A DNA stretch of 48,258 nucleotides from Deinococcales bacterium (GTDB taxonomy: Bacteria > Deinococcota > Deinococci > Deinococcales > JAAFIG01), in assembly GCA_031414595.1 (NCBI GenBank), contig JANNVX010000046.1:1-48258 (forward strand), written 5' to 3'. The position numbers and the translations under genes are program-made. Every line of letters starts with the position of its first letter. Position 1 is the stretch's first letter. Shown here one piece after another: positions 29,696 through 40,663 of the stretch. A model generated the notes under the pieces. The model saw only the letters and a program-made list of their open reading frames with translations, was not told the origin of the DNA and ran no database searches.

Positions 29696-30792
29696 ACGAC
29701 TCCGAGACCTCTTGGTTTTGCATTTCCAATTATTAAGCGAACAATCTTATCTGACACATTAGGATCAAGATATTCTAGTGGGACTTTCCAATCAAAACGG
29801 CTTCCAACAGCAACCCCTACTCCATTTACAATTCTTTCAGGGTCGCAACCCGTCAATAGGTTGCTGCCACACTCAACGGTTTCTGGTCGTTCAGTTGTGT
29901 CTCGAATTGTTATAGAAGGAACACCCAAAATGCAAGCCTCCTCTTGAACAGTACCACTATCTGTAACAATACAAAAAGCATTCTCTTCTAACTTTATAAA
30001 CTCGAGAAAGTCAAATGGTGGTAATGGTCTGATGAGAGGATGCAATCTAAGTCCTAGGGATTCGACTTTTGAAGCAGTACGCGGATGAAAACTCCAGATG
30101 ATTGGAAAACCATACTGATCCGCTAATTTCCCTAAAGCTGCGGCAATTGCATTTAATCGTTCAGGCACATCCACATTTTCAGCGCGATGGGCTGTGACAA
30201 GAATGTATTTCTGTGGCAAAAGCTGTAATCGTTCAAGAATACTCGAGTCTTTGATTTGCGGCATATAATGCTGCATAACCTCGAAAATTGGGTTTCCAGA
30301 AACAAAAATATGCTCTTTGTTGATTCCCTCGTTGATAAGATTCTGTTTGCTATTATCTACATAAGGTAATAACCATGTACTGACATGATCAATCAATTTT
30401 CGATTGCGCTCTTCGGGAACACGGAGATCAAAGCAGCGATTACCAGCTTCCATGTGAAAAACAGGAATACCCATTTTTTCGGCAACAATGGCTGATAACC
30501 CACTGTTTGTATCACCTAAGATGAGACACGCATCTGGTCTCACACTAGCTAATACTTGTTCTGTAGCTTCAAGAATCTTTGCAATTTGACCTATTGGAGT
30601 ATCAGACCGAGAATCAAAGCGAACATCAGGCTCACGAATACCTAGTGATTGAAAAAAAATCGTATCGAGTTCTGGAGTATAATTTTGCCCAGTGTGAACT
30701 AAAGTGTGTTCTGTGAGTAAATCAAGCTTTGCAATAATCAGGCTTAACCGAATAATTTCGGGACGTGTCCCTAGTATCGTTATAACTTTCAT
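29692..30792 (-). CDS. Non-hydrolysing UDP-HexNAc 2-epimerase (FnlC/WbjD/QnlB-like)
   Basis: GTRPEIIRL, HTGQNY, GDTNS, HMEAGNR, TDSGTVQEE, ERPE. Confidence 0.92.
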   Translation of the reverse strand: MKVITILGTRPEIIRLSLIIAKLDLLTEHTLVHTGQNYTPELDTIFFQSLGIREPDVRFDSRSDTPIGQIAKILEATEQVLASVRPDACLILGDTNSGLSAIVAEKMGIPVFHMEAGNRCFDLRVPEERNRKLIDHVSTWLLPYVDNSKQNLINEGINKEHIFVSGNPIFEVMQHYMPQIKDSSILERLQLLPQKYILVTAHRAENVDVPERLNAIAAALGKLADQYGFPIIWSFHPRTASKVESLGLRLHPLIRPLPPFDFLEFIKLEENAFCIVTDSGTVQEEACILGVPSITIRDTTERPETVECGSNLLTGCDPERIVNGVGVAVGSRFDWKVPLEYLDPNVSDKIVRLIIGNAKPRGLGVV

Positions 30793-31835
30793 TATGCACC
30801 CCGCACTTCGGAAACCTCAAGTTCACCAGCATCAATCAAGAGTTTACGCAGACCAGCTTTATCCATCGTGACTTGTTCAGACGAATACTCTCCAACGAGT
30901 GGGGGCGTATGAGTATTACCACCAATTTCTGGAAGAATAGAAGCGATGACATAATACTGGTCACGCACAGATGTACGCCACATTTCTTCCTCGGAGATCA
31001 TCGCTTCATGTAACTTCTCACCAGGTCGAACACCTGTTTCAATCACTTCTATTGGTTGACCATCTATCATCACATCTACCAAATCGGCAATACTAGTTGC
31101 TGGCAAACGAGGCACGAATGTTTCACCAGGAAGACCTATACGAACACAATCAAAAACAGTATCCACAGCCTGGTCTAAGGTAATTAAAAAACGTGTCATG
31201 GTTTTTGAAGTTAGTGTTACAGGACCACCACGCCGAATTTGTTCCTTAAAAAGCGGAACAACTGAACCTCGTGAGGCGATCACATTACCATAGCGTACAC
31301 AAGTAAAAGTAACCTTATTTTGTCCTAAATTACCTTCTAATAAGATACGTTCTTGTAATGATTTAGTCATACCCATAACATTGACAGGCTTACAGGCTTT
31401 ATCTGTAGAGATACCAACGACCAGTTCCACAGGCGTATCATTTTCACGAATAGTGCGAACTAAATTTATTGACCCTTCTATATTCGTTCGCACTGCTTCT
31501 ACAGGAAAATATTCGCATGAAGGGACTTGTTTTAAGGCGGCAGCATGAAACACAACTTCGGATTTACGCACAGCTGCAAGTACCGATGAATAGTCTCGCA
31601 CATCGCCAACTCGAAACTCGAGTAACTCTTCAAAATTTCGATAGAAAATATCATCTGTTGCTGCCCCTACGTGTTTCCAGTCTACTTTCATTTGATGGTG
31701 CTTACCTTCATCCCTTGAAAAAACAGTTACACTAGCCGGACGACCCATTTCCCCACTTAAAATTCGGCGTACCAATGCTTTACCAAGTGATCCTGTGCCA
31801 CCCGTCACCAACACTCTTTTACCTTCTAAGTTCAT
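30792..31835 (-). CDS. UDP-GlcNAc 4,6-dehydratase/5-epimerase (FnlA/WbjB/CapE-like)
   Basis: TGGTGSLG, SRDE.K, HAAALKQVPSCE, STDKA, RYGNV..SRGSV. Confidence 0.9.
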   Translation of the reverse strand: MNLEGKRVLVTGGTGSLGKALVRRILSGEMGRPASVTVFSRDEGKHHQMKVDWKHVGAATDDIFYRNFEELLEFRVGDVRDYSSVLAAVRKSEVVFHAAALKQVPSCEYFPVEAVRTNIEGSINLVRTIRENDTPVELVVGISTDKACKPVNVMGMTKSLQERILLEGNLGQNKVTFTCVRYGNVIASRGSVVPLFKEQIRRGGPVTLTSKTMTRFLITLDQAVDTVFDCVRIGLPGETFVPRLPATSIADLVDVMIDGQPIEVIETGVRPGEKLHEAMISEEEMWRTSVRDQYYVIASILPEIGGNTHTPPLVGEYSSEQVTMDKAGLRKLLIDAGELEVSEVRGA

Positions 31836-32722
31836 AACTTCTCCTCTCTAACATTCACGCTTGCTGCCACCGTTTGAATCATTTCAGACCAAGAGGGGGC
31901 AACATAGCCCGTTTCGACCCTAAAACGAGTTGAATCCAGTGTCCGATCTAATATAAATGTGTCATCTGGCTCAATAAGGGTATTTTTTTGAAAACAATCA
32001 TTGATTATTTTCAATAAATCAAATTTTGAAATTGGTTGACTCGAAACTTGATAGAGACCGCACAAACTAGGAAAGTCTAAAATTAAACGTTCAATCAAGG
32101 AAGCCAATTCGATTGTTGTAACTCCGTTGTACATGGCTTTTGTGAAACCCTTAACTGGGGATTTAGCGTTTAGAAACCATTCAATTAAACTGGCTTTGCG
32201 ATCTAGTTCTAAGCCAACAATTGAAGTACGCAATGTAAGTGAGTTAGTTTGAACAACTTCACCCAAAAGTTTAGTACGTCCATACAAGTCTAGTGCGTCT
32301 GGCTCATCAGATTCTGTATACATTCCGCGTTTACCACTAAACACGCAATCAGTGCTTGGATGAATAAGTCGCGCTTGAAATGCCTCGCAAAGTAAAGCAA
32401 TTCGGTGTGGCAATAGTGCATTAATTTCAAGGCTAATAATTGAATCCTTTGCTGTTGGTCTTTGTTTGACAATCCCGACAGCATTTAAAACGACTTGAGG
32501 ACGAAAATCAGTAAAAACTTCCAAAAGCCGATCTGTGTTTCTTACATCAATACCCATATAAGTACAATCAGCTTGGAAAATTCTGTAATGATCATACTGA
32601 CTAAAATCACTCCGTAAGGTTACTCGAGTATCGAAAGCGGGTAACACACTAAAGTGTTTCCACAGCTGGTGTCCTAACATACCATCACCACCTAGGATTA
32701 ATACACGAACTGGTTGTGTCAT
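31832..32722 (-). CDS. RmlD-like 4-keto-sugar reductase (WbvR/QnlA-like)
   Basis: GGDGMLG, STDCVFSG, YGRTK, LRTS. Confidence 0.85.
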   Translation of the reverse strand: MTQPVRVLILGGDGMLGHQLWKHFSVLPAFDTRVTLRSDFSQYDHYRIFQADCTYMGIDVRNTDRLLEVFTDFRPQVVLNAVGIVKQRPTAKDSIISLEINALLPHRIALLCEAFQARLIHPSTDCVFSGKRGMYTESDEPDALDLYGRTKLLGEVVQTNSLTLRTSIVGLELDRKASLIEWFLNAKSPVKGFTKAMYNGVTTIELASLIERLILDFPSLCGLYQVSSQPISKFDLLKIINDCFQKNTLIEPDDTFILDRTLDSTRFRVETGYVAPSWSEMIQTVAASVNVREEKL

Positions 32723-33933
32723 AAAAGACCTCTTGTTAAAATTTGTTTTAATTGTCCTAGAATGCGACTACGCGAAAAATGTGCCTTGTAATATGTTATT
32801 GCTTTTTGACCTATTGCTTGCCTTTCGTTGATGGACATTTTATACACATGAACGATAGCATCCCGCATTGCTTCTGGATTTTCTGGTTCACAAGTAATTC
32901 CACCTGAACTATCAACAACATCTTTACCGCTCCCCTCTAGCCCTGCGACAATAACACGACCGCAGGCAAGGTAGGACTGTATTTTAGATGGGATTGTCAG
33001 TGCAAATAATGGATCACGTCGCAAATGCACTAAAAGAACATCCGCAATTGAAAAGTACATAGGCATAGACTCGAGAGGTTTACGTCCCTTAAAAATAATA
33101 TTTGATACACCTTTCGCATAATCTTTGAGTTGTTGAAAATTTGCACCATCCCCAATAATTACAAACTGAATATCTGCGTAGTTTTGGAGGAGACGAGCAG
33201 TATCAATAATGGTTTCTAAACCTTGAGCTGCACCAGTGTTTCCTGCAAATACGACCTGAAACCCACCACTCATGGACTCTTTTTGGGCAAATTCAGAATT
33301 TGACTCAATCGGTTGATACAAATCTTCTGCCCAATTCGGTACATATTCAATTCGATCTTTTGCCACACCATACTCGAGGATACGGGACTCAAAACCCTGA
33401 GATTGGATTAATACTTTTGCTGAATGATGATACAGAAAACCCGCAAGTCTACGAATGGCTTTTGTTATTTGTGGGCTAACTTGTAGCCCTGATGCTGCTA
33501 GGCTTTCGGGCCAAATGTCTTGAATCCAATGATAAATTGGAATTCGGAATCCGCTCAAAGCACGAATTACGACACTAGGAATACCCATTGAAATTGGTGA
33601 AAGTTGAAATGTAAGAATTGCATCATACTTGGAACCTACTAAGAATGGACCAATTAAGGAAGCAGAAAGAAAGAAAGAAACATAATTTAGAACGCGTTGT
33701 AACTTATCAAAACTGGTATTAGGAAATAATGGAACACGCCATATCACTACACCTTGATGGACATCGCGTCGAAAAAATCTTAATGGGTAGCCTGAATACA
33801 GTTTTCCGTGTGGATAATTTGGGAAACCAGTTAAAACAGTTACCTCAAAACCTTGTTCCTGTAAACCCTGCGCCAGGTCACCAACCCTAAACGGTTCAGG
33901 AGGATAGTATTGGCAAACAATAAGTACCTTCAT
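32719..33933 (-). CDS. GT4 glycosyltransferase, WbuB-like
   Basis: QYYPPE, TGFPNYP.G, QDIWPES, FAGN.G.AQ, PSKIQSY. Confidence 0.9.
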   Translation of the reverse strand: MKVLIVCQYYPPEPFRVGDLAQGLQEQGFEVTVLTGFPNYPHGKLYSGYPLRFFRRDVHQGVVIWRVPLFPNTSFDKLQRVLNYVSFFLSASLIGPFLVGSKYDAILTFQLSPISMGIPSVVIRALSGFRIPIYHWIQDIWPESLAASGLQVSPQITKAIRRLAGFLYHHSAKVLIQSQGFESRILEYGVAKDRIEYVPNWAEDLYQPIESNSEFAQKESMSGGFQVVFAGNTGAAQGLETIIDTARLLQNYADIQFVIIGDGANFQQLKDYAKGVSNIIFKGRKPLESMPMYFSIADVLLVHLRRDPLFALTIPSKIQSYLACGRVIVAGLEGSGKDVVDSSGGITCEPENPEAMRDAIVHVYKMSINERQAIGQKAITYYKAHFSRSRILGQLKQILTRGLL

Positions 33934-35075
33934 GAATTAACCTCTTGCGCTAATTTGATCAATGCACACCAAGTTAGATTTGCCGAAGTACGCCAGTCGA
34001 ACTTCTTAGACTGTTCAAAGGCTGCACTAGCCATTTTTTCTAGTTGATTTGGCGTATCAAGCACATCAGCAAGAATCTGAGCCAATTCGCTTGGCTTATA
34101 AGGATCAAAATAAACTGCTCCATTTTCAGCAAATTCAGGCATGGGTTGATAGCTTGAGCTTAAAACGGGAGTCCCAGAACCCAAAGCCTCGAGTAATATA
34201 TTGGGGCAGTTTTCACAACTAGAGGCAAAAAGATTGACTTTGGCATTCTGGTAAACAGCAGGCAAATCCTGATAATTGACTTTTCCTAAGTATAAGACCT
34301 CGTTTTCAAGACCATACTTTTGTATTCGCTTGCGTACTTGAGTACCATAAGACGGGAATTCTTCGCCAACAAGTACAAGTTTTTCATTTGTAGAACGCGA
34401 TTTTCTAAGTTCGTACCACGAGTCAATCACCTCAAGTTGTGCCTTATAGGGATTTAGAATAGAAACATACAAAACATATTCTTGAGGGAGAAAAGTGGGT
34501 TTCGGTAGTGACACGTTGCTTCGCCGAAATTGTTCACTTATACCGTGTGGAATGATTACATTTTTTCCACGCCGACTAAGTGCGAACCGATCAATAACGG
34601 TTTTTGCATAGTTTGAAATAAAAATAACTAAATCTGCGCGGCGAAAAGAACTTAACTGCAAAAAACGTAACACAAATAACCTTGCTCGCTTAAATCCTAA
34701 AGGATAACGTTTGCGTTCTTCATCCGAGAAAGGTAGCATATTGCGAAATGCGACAGCTGATTTCATATTTTTAGGAATACGACTTGTAATAGAACCACCT
34801 GGAAAATAGACAACATCCGCTTTTAGCTCGCGCAATAGATTTGGAAGACTGAATATTTCCCAAATTGTACGCTGTAATAGCCCTTTTGAAGCATAAGGAA
34901 TGGTTATTACTTCAACATTTGCACAATGGAGTTTGTTCGCCAACTCTGGGGGTGATAAAACTGTGACCTTGATTTCCGTATGTTCACTAGCAAAACGAAG
35001 CAAATTGATGAGGTAAGTCTGCCCACCCCCAATTAACGCAGAAAGTCCATTAATGACAATATGGATTGGCTTCAT
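33930..35075 (-). CDS. GT4 glycosyltransferase
   Basis: GGQTY, ENCPNILLEA, YFDP. Confidence 0.88.
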   Translation of the reverse strand: MKPIHIVINGLSALIGGGQTYLINLLRFASEHTEIKVTVLSPPELANKLHCANVEVITIPYASKGLLQRTIWEIFSLPNLLRELKADVVYFPGGSITSRIPKNMKSAVAFRNMLPFSDEERKRYPLGFKRARLFVLRFLQLSSFRRADLVIFISNYAKTVIDRFALSRRGKNVIIPHGISEQFRRSNVSLPKPTFLPQEYVLYVSILNPYKAQLEVIDSWYELRKSRSTNEKLVLVGEEFPSYGTQVRKRIQKYGLENEVLYLGKVNYQDLPAVYQNAKVNLFASSCENCPNILLEALGSGTPVLSSSYQPMPEFAENGAVYFDPYKPSELAQILADVLDTPNQLEKMASAAFEQSKKFDWRTSANLTWCALIKLAQEVNS

Positions 35076-36934
35076 AGTATTTTATAGGTCTCTTTCCAAC
35101 GTTGGTACTGAATAATTGCCCAAATCAGGTTTTCATGGTTATGACTGCCTGAAAAGTGTTGACCTACAATCTTATCTACTGCCGAATCATTTAAAATTGG
35201 ATCACCTTTTAGAGCTGAAGATGAGGCAAAGTCACCTACAAATTCACGTAGGGTGCTGCGAAACCAAGACCGAATTGGCACAGCAAAACCGCGTTTTGGC
35301 AAATTCACAATGCTCGAAGGCAAATGTTGTGCTAACGACTTACGCAATAAATGTTTACTTACTTGGTTATCCCACAATATTGAATCAGATTGTGCCAATG
35401 CGAACTCGAGCATATGTTTATCTAAAAACGGATTCCGTGCCTCCAAAGAATGCGCCATACTAGCACGGTCAACTTTAGCCAAAATATCATCTGGTAAATA
35501 AGTTGCTAAATCCATAGCCATAGCCTGTATTGCTGGTGTATTCCCAGAACGCCACTGGCTTACCCTTCTAAATAATGAAGCAGTATCCAGTGGGGCAATA
35601 AGAAGCAATTCGTTCCAATCAACACCTTTTGATGCTGAACGCATAAATGCAAGTAGCGATGCAGTATCATGAGACTGTAAAGCACACAAGCCCATTGCCA
35701 AAGATGGATATGGTATGTATTTCCCTATACCACTTAAGCCATTACGCACCAGTTGCGGTAATTTCTGGAATGGTTGATATTGGATTGAATGACGATAATA
35801 TGGATACCCACCAAAAAGCTCGTCACCGCCATCACCACTTAGCGCAACAGTTACCTGAGTACGGGCAAGTTGTGAAACAAGTAAGGTCGGAATAGCGCTC
35901 ACATCAGCGAAAGGTTCATCATATGCAACAGACAACCCATCTATCTGAGCCAGTAAATCGTTTGATGTAAGAATTAACTCAGTATGGTCTGTACCAAAAT
36001 GCTCCGCGATTGCTCGAGCCACAGGGGATTCATCATGAGTAGTTTCTTCAAAACCGATTGTAAATGTTTTTGCGCTACCTGATACCAATGCCTGCATATG
36101 AGCAACGATTAAAGAAGAATCAACACCCCCACTTAAGAAAGCTCCCACTGGAACGTCACTTACTAAGCGATATTTGACGGCTTTCCTTAAAATATCGTTT
36201 AGCTGCTCAAGCGTTTCCGGCTCAGTTTGACAACGCTTACCTCGAGTTGCAGCCATTTGTGGTGTCCACCAAGTATGGTATTCAAAGTTACCATTCGCAG
36301 TGTAAGACGCAACAGACCCAGATGGCAACTTAATTACATTCTTCAAAGCCGAATGCGGCGCTGGAACGTATAAATTCCGAAAATAAAATCCAAGCGCTTC
36401 AGTATCCAATTCATGATTTGTTTGTTCCAAAAAGGTCAAACACCCAAGCGTGGAAGCAAACCGTAACGAGCCGGAAACGCTCATATCAACATAGAGTGGC
36501 TTCACACCCATACGGTCTCGAGCGAGAAGCAACTTACGCTCTACAGTGTCCCACAAAGCAATGGCAAACATACCATTGAATCTATCAAAAGCTAATTCAC
36601 CCCACTCGAGAATAGAGTACAAAACGACTTCAGTATCTGAACTGGTTCTAAACGCATACCCTTTTGCCTCGAGTAGCGGACGAATTTCATTATGATTATA
36701 GATCTCACCATTAAAAATAATCACATAGCGCCCAGAAGCATCCAGGAATGGCTGATTTGACCTTGGATCAAGATCAATAATTGCCAAACGATTAAAGGCA
36801 AATGCTGCGCCCTTAGACTGCCATTGCATTTGAGAGTCAGGACCACGCTTAACTATGTGCTTTGCCGCCCTAGATAGACTCTCGGCATTAATTTCAGTTT
36901 GATTTACATTTATTTGACCAACAAAGCCACACAT
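35072..36934 (-). CDS. asnB: Glutamine-dependent amidotransferase, asparagine synthase family (WbpS-like sugar amidation likely)
   Basis: N-terminal MCG, RGPD, RLAIID, NGEIYN, LSGGVDSS, SGDGGDELFGGY, KVDRASM; embedded in the glycan operon. Confidence 0.9.
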   Translation of the reverse strand: MCGFVGQINVNQTEINAESLSRAAKHIVKRGPDSQMQWQSKGAAFAFNRLAIIDLDPRSNQPFLDASGRYVIIFNGEIYNHNEIRPLLEAKGYAFRTSSDTEVVLYSILEWGELAFDRFNGMFAIALWDTVERKLLLARDRMGVKPLYVDMSVSGSLRFASTLGCLTFLEQTNHELDTEALGFYFRNLYVPAPHSALKNVIKLPSGSVASYTANGNFEYHTWWTPQMAATRGKRCQTEPETLEQLNDILRKAVKYRLVSDVPVGAFLSGGVDSSLIVAHMQALVSGSAKTFTIGFEETTHDESPVARAIAEHFGTDHTELILTSNDLLAQIDGLSVAYDEPFADVSAIPTLLVSQLARTQVTVALSGDGGDELFGGYPYYRHSIQYQPFQKLPQLVRNGLSGIGKYIPYPSLAMGLCALQSHDTASLLAFMRSASKGVDWNELLLIAPLDTASLFRRVSQWRSGNTPAIQAMAMDLATYLPDDILAKVDRASMAHSLEARNPFLDKHMLEFALAQSDSILWDNQVSKHLLRKSLAQHLPSSIVNLPKRGFAVPIRSWFRSTLREFVGDFASSSALKGDPILNDSAVDKIVGQHFSGSHNHENLIWAIIQYQRWKETYKIL

Positions 36935-36958
36935 AAAATATCCTTTATAAGTATATTG

Positions 36959-38275
36959 TCACGCAGATAGAGGGTTTTTTACTTTCAAAGAAGTCGGATT
37001 TCGGAGTCTAGAACCGTTTTGTTCTTCAGCATATAAAACGCCAAGTAAAAAAATAAAAGTTCTGCCTGTAAAATTTTGATACAACATTGGTTCCTTGATT
37101 TCAAAGATAAGTAGTACAAGTAAAATAGGAATCAATAGCAGTAATGCTTTTTTGTTTTTATAAAATTTAAAAACATACGCAATAAAAATTCCATAAAATA
37201 AAAGGCTTCCTATAATTCCTATGGAGAAGATGGTTTTTATAAATCCAGAATCTGAACGCCCATATTTATAACCATCACCCTCAAAATATCCAATGCCAAA
37301 TAAAAGGTGTACTGGATCGCTGGGTAAAAATAACATTTGTTCCGTTAGTATTTTAAAAGAAGATGTATTTGCTAATCCGTTATCAAATAATTCAGAAGAC
37401 CATGTAGCAAGTTCCAGATTATTTTCACTCGCTGTCAAAAAAGAAGTATAAGAAAAATAGAATACAATCAAAAAAATGGGAATAACAAAAAATTTAAATT
37501 TTCCAATGACAGATACATTGAACATGGATTTGTAAAATAAATAGAAAAAATAAATAGAAAAATAAATTAGTACACCTACTAAACCCGTTCTTCCGATCAA
37601 AAAAGTAGCAAACGAGATAATTATTGCAAATAGAAATGTGGTCGGGATATCGATCTTTTTCAAAATATTTAAATAAAAAATTAGCCAAATACTTAATGCA
37701 AGATAAGCTGACATTGCAGCACCACCAGCCGCTGAAAACCCTCGCGCTCGGAATGAAGTTTCATAATCAATGTTTGCCAAAGGGTCTTGATATAAAAAAC
37801 CTTCAATAAAGTCTTTAAGGCTCGGAATAACAAACTGAGCTATAATTATTATAGAGTGGACCAGTGAAACCATTACCATCGTATATACAATTATTTTTTT
37901 ATGTCTGCTATGACCATTTGTATTTAGAGCATATTGTCTACTCAAAATAAATCCCAAAATGAAGTATACGATAGTAGAAATGGGATAGGTATAAAAAATC
38001 TGATTTTCAAAACCATAGATATGGGAAATGAATAAAAAGTATAAAGATAAAAAAATTAATACTGAAGCAACTATTAAATGCTTTACATTTAATGATTTTT
38101 TAATCGAAGCAACAATAGTAGGAAATGCAAAAAAAAAGAGTAGTACAAACGATAAATTCCCAAGATTAAACCCGCCAAGAAAATTAACCCTAGGTGTAAG
38201 TAAAAATAAGTAAATAATAAAAAACACCAATATCTTGTTGGAAGAGTCACTTAAAGAATTCATACTAATTATCAT
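36959..38275 (-). CDS. wzy: Putative Wzy repeat-unit polymerase
   Basis: Very AT-rich polytopic membrane protein (about 10-11 TMs), RARG, LFGIG, DSG, located between GT genes. Confidence 0.7.
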   Translation of the reverse strand: MIISMNSLSDSSNKILVFFIIYLFLLTPRVNFLGGFNLGNLSFVLLFFFAFPTIVASIKKSLNVKHLIVASVLIFLSLYFLFISHIYGFENQIFYTYPISTIVYFILGFILSRQYALNTNGHSRHKKIIVYTMVMVSLVHSIIIIAQFVIPSLKDFIEGFLYQDPLANIDYETSFRARGFSAAGGAAMSAYLALSIWLIFYLNILKKIDIPTTFLFAIIISFATFLIGRTGLVGVLIYFSIYFFYLFYKSMFNVSVIGKFKFFVIPIFLIVFYFSYTSFLTASENNLELATWSSELFDNGLANTSSFKILTEQMLFLPSDPVHLLFGIGYFEGDGYKYGRSDSGFIKTIFSIGIIGSLLFYGIFIAYVFKFYKNKKALLLLIPILLVLLIFEIKEPMLYQNFTGRTFIFLLGVLYAEEQNGSRLRNPTSLKVKNPLSA

Positions 38276-38276
38276 A

Positions 38277-39206
38277 TTAGGCTCTGTTTTTTAGCAAGAA
38301 TCGAAGACACGTATTAAAAAGATGGTAAATTGACTTTAAGTAATATATATTGAAAAATCGGAACGAAAAAATTACTTTAAAAAAGTAGTAACTTGCATTT
38401 AATATATCTTTATTTAGTCCATAAGAAATACCTGAAAAATAGTACAATCGAATCCTACCATTATTCGCAAATTTTTTATACTTAGGATGCGTAAATTCTA
38501 CTATGTCTAAGGTTAACGCACAGTCTACCATTCGTTTGTTATTAATAGTATCTGTGATATTATTTGAATGTCGTTTGTAAATACCCAATACTTCTTTTAT
38601 ATAGCCATAAGAAAAATCATTGTTTGTTAGCGCATCAATGCATAATTTCCAGTCAGATACAACAAGTAAACGTTCATCATACCCGTACTCTGGAATACAC
38701 GACCTACGAAACATAATTGACATTGCACAATAAGGCTGCCCATATTCAATGATTTTTGTGCAACCTGAACCTTCAAACGGATATTGCCTTTGACTATACA
38801 AGCCCAGTGATTTTGATTGTAGAGTGCTATACACATCCACATCATGTCCACAAAATGCTAAATTTGAATTTTCCTGTAACCTATCCACCTGTTTTGATAC
38901 TTTTTCCGAATGTAACTCATCATCTCCACCCATAAGAACAACAAAAGTACCCTTACAGGCACGAAGGACTATGTTTGAGTTTTTTGTTATTCCTAAGTTT
39001 ACAGCATTAAAGATATATCGAATACGACCTGGGTATTTCTCTACAAACTGAATAATAATGTCTCTCGTTTTATCTTGCGAGCAATCATCAGCGACAATTA
39101 CCTCAAAATTATCATAGGTCTGATTAAGACAAGATTGCAAACAGTCCCCAATTAAATCTTCTTGGTTATAGGTAATGATTCCTATTGATACTAATTCATT
39201 GATCAT
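38277..39206 (-). CDS. GT2 glycosyltransferase
   Basis: VSIGIITYN, VADDCSQD, GDD, SDW; ATG 39206 overlaps the wzx stop (ATGA). Confidence 0.9.
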   Translation of the reverse strand: MINELVSIGIITYNQEDLIGDCLQSCLNQTYDNFEVIVADDCSQDKTRDIIIQFVEKYPGRIRYIFNAVNLGITKNSNIVLRACKGTFVVLMGGDDELHSEKVSKQVDRLQENSNLAFCGHDVDVYSTLQSKSLGLYSQRQYPFEGSGCTKIIEYGQPYCAMSIMFRRSCIPEYGYDERLLVVSDWKLCIDALTNNDFSYGYIKEVLGIYKRHSNNITDTINNKRMVDCALTLDIVEFTHPKYKKFANNGRIRLYYFSGISYGLNKDILNASYYFFKVIFSFRFFNIYYLKSIYHLFNTCLRFLLKNRA

Positions 39207-40663
39207 AGATTTACCCTCAGTTGATTGACAGATTTTATGTTGAGTAATTTTGCACAAGTTAGCAAAAAAATAATTGAAAAAGTAAAAATTATAGCCAGCT
39301 TATAGATATTAAATTGCTGTTCGTTCCACATTAAAATCGAAGAAAAAATAACTAAGGCAAGACCAAAAAGCCAAATTACTAGTACTTTTCTATCAAAATA
39401 CATGCCAAGTTTACTTACAATGTAAATATTCATAACAATAAAATGCAGTATATATATCAATGAAAATCCCAGACCCAGCAACTCTAATTCATTAAACGGA
39501 GTCAAAAGATATACTGATGTCAACAATGTTAGACTAAAAGCCAATTCAGTTATCAAAATACTTTTTTTATCCCCAAAAGCAAGCATACAAGTCCCCAAGA
39601 CCCAACTCAAAAGTTTAAAATAATCCCCTATGAGCATCCAGTTTAACTGCTCTATTGATTTTGAAAATTCTGAGGAAAAAAGAATAAGAATTAACAGATT
39701 TTTTACTCCTATAATAAGCGGAATTAGCAAACCGCCAAGTATAGTGGTGAATAAAAAAACGTTTTTTAGCAATACTCTTTTATCTTCTTTTAATTTTAGT
39801 TCGCTCATTTTTGGTAATAAATATGTCGAAAATGAAGTTGTCATTAGCGTAATGTATACAGTACTTAAATTCCACGCTGCCTCAAAGTTACCCAAAAAAA
39901 TTATACCGTTTTTCTCTAAAATCATACCCTTAATTGCAAGTAAAGTTAAACTGGTAACTATGGAGGTTAAAGCCACTGTCAAAGAGAAGAGAAGAAATGA
40001 AGTCATTTCTTGCGGTACAATGCAAAGCTGCCGAGTGTAGAGTTTTTGTAGGAGATTTTTCTTCCACATAATATGAAGCAGAAAAAAAAGTGAAGAAACC
40101 AGAGGAATAAGAATTAAAAATGATAAAACCGCATAAGACTGCATTGAATTTGCGAAATTAGAGATTTGAAAGGAAATCAAACATAAAATAAAACTACTAA
40201 CAACTTGGGAAATGGCAATTTCTTTCAGGTAATTATGAATGTTTAAGTAACCAAAAAAATAACCATTGAGTCCCCCAAAAATAAGCGCAATTGCTAACAC
40301 ACGAATGGTATCTATTGCTTGTTGCGTATTTTGCTTTAATGCAATAGCTGATACAATTGGAGCGAATAAAATAACAGCTAAAGAAACAAGAATTGAGATG
40401 GTTAAAAATACATAAAATGTTGCCTTAAGAAACTTATCTCTCTGCTCACCTTGCTTTGACGAAGCACCTTGCACCAAAGCTGTTTGTCCACCAAGTGTTG
40501 TAAGAGTAATTCCAGATACATATACTTGGCGAATTAAACCTAGTTGCCCAACACCACTAGGTCCTAAGACAACAGCGACTATTTTCATTGCAATACTCTG
40601 AAGAATAAATGTCAATAACGTACTTGTTGATGTTAGAAAAAACACCTTAGAGATGCTAAGCAT
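39203..40663 (-). CDS. wzx: Wzx flippase
   Basis: KIVAVVLGPSGVG, YLLPKMS, LFSSEF, GDYFK; about 12 TMs. Confidence 0.85.
   Translation of the reverse strand: MLSISKVFFLTSTSTLLTFILQSIAMKIVAVVLGPSGVGQLGLIRQVYVSGITLTTLGGQTALVQGASSKQGEQRDKFLKATFYVFLTISILVSLAVILFAPIVSAIALKQNTQQAIDTIRVLAIALIFGGLNGYFFGYLNIHNYLKEIAISQVVSSFILCLISFQISNFANSMQSYAVLSFLILIPLVSSLFFLLHIMWKKNLLQKLYTRQLCIVPQEMTSFLLFSLTVALTSIVTSLTLLAIKGMILEKNGIIFLGNFEAAWNLSTVYITLMTTSFSTYLLPKMSELKLKEDKRVLLKNVFLFTTILGGLLIPLIIGVKNLLILILFSSEFSKSIEQLNWMLIGDYFKLLSWVLGTCMLAFGDKKSILITELAFSLTLLTSVYLLTPFNELELLGLGFSLIYILHFIVMNIYIVSKLGMYFDRKVLVIWLFGLALVIFSSILMWNEQQFNIYKLAIIFTFSIIFLLTCAKLLNIKSVNQLRVNL

Noticed and set aside
35072-36934. AsnB-like gene as the lasso cyclase for the B2 fusion
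   Set aside because: It retains the N-terminal catalytic Cys (MCG) and full glutaminase motifs and is coupled to GT genes, typical of sugar amidotransferases; not formally excluded.
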